A stretch of DNA of 63,909 bases, counting the filler, from Octopus bimaculoides (taxonomy: Eukaryota), in the NCBI RefSeq assembly GCF_001194135.2. It is 9 parts of 9 records of this genome, joined end to end, with 100 filler letters (N's around TTAATTAATTAA, not from the genome) between each part and the next. Parts side by side here need not be neighbours in the genome. Positions count along the whole stretch, not along the records: positions 62,489 to 63,909 come from NC_069002.1; 8 more parts are not named here. One strand, 5' to 3'. Shown here in pieces: positions 63,823 to 63,909 of this stretch (position 1 is its first letter; every line of letters begins with the position of its first letter). Made by a program: the position numbers and the translations under genes. The notes beneath the pieces are model-generated. The model made no database searches, had not been told where the DNA came from, and saw only the letters and a program-made list of their open reading frames with translations.

Positions 63823-63909
<87 letters not shown>
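62640..63909. repeat. Compound microsatellite field ((CT)n, (CTGT)n, (ATCT)n, (CACT)n, (CA)n, (TA)n, (GA)n) with a short unique island at about 63090-63350
   Basis: Direct reading. Confidence 0.95.

Overview
AT-rich, microsatellite-dense eukaryotic scaffold with many N-gaps, several carrying a TTAATTAATTAA assembly spacer. The three tRNA-derived SINE families and the LINE mix look like an octopus/cephalopod genome; this is pattern recognition, not a database check. Most of the window is intronic or intergenic transposon debris: Dong/R4, RTE, CR1/L2-group, Tx1/L1 and CRE non-LTR fragments, a Penelope-like RT, a solo LTR, a Helitron 5' part, three mariners, a hAT relic and about 25 SINEs. Nearly all long ORFs in the supplied track are microsatellite or gap artefacts. 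The host-gene signal is a minus-strand, phase-compatible exon chain absent from the ORF track (12957-12916, 936-845, 127-1) that I could not assign to a protein family, plus weaker exon candidates at 30479-30343 and 17567-17465. The most interesting non-genic signal is a set of minimal type I hammerhead-ribozyme motifs with palindromic helix III (28372-28416, 34203-34248, and degenerate or truncated copies). Two short inverted-repeat elements may also carry decayed hammerhead cores in their loops. No CRISPR array, rRNA or intact tRNA is supported.
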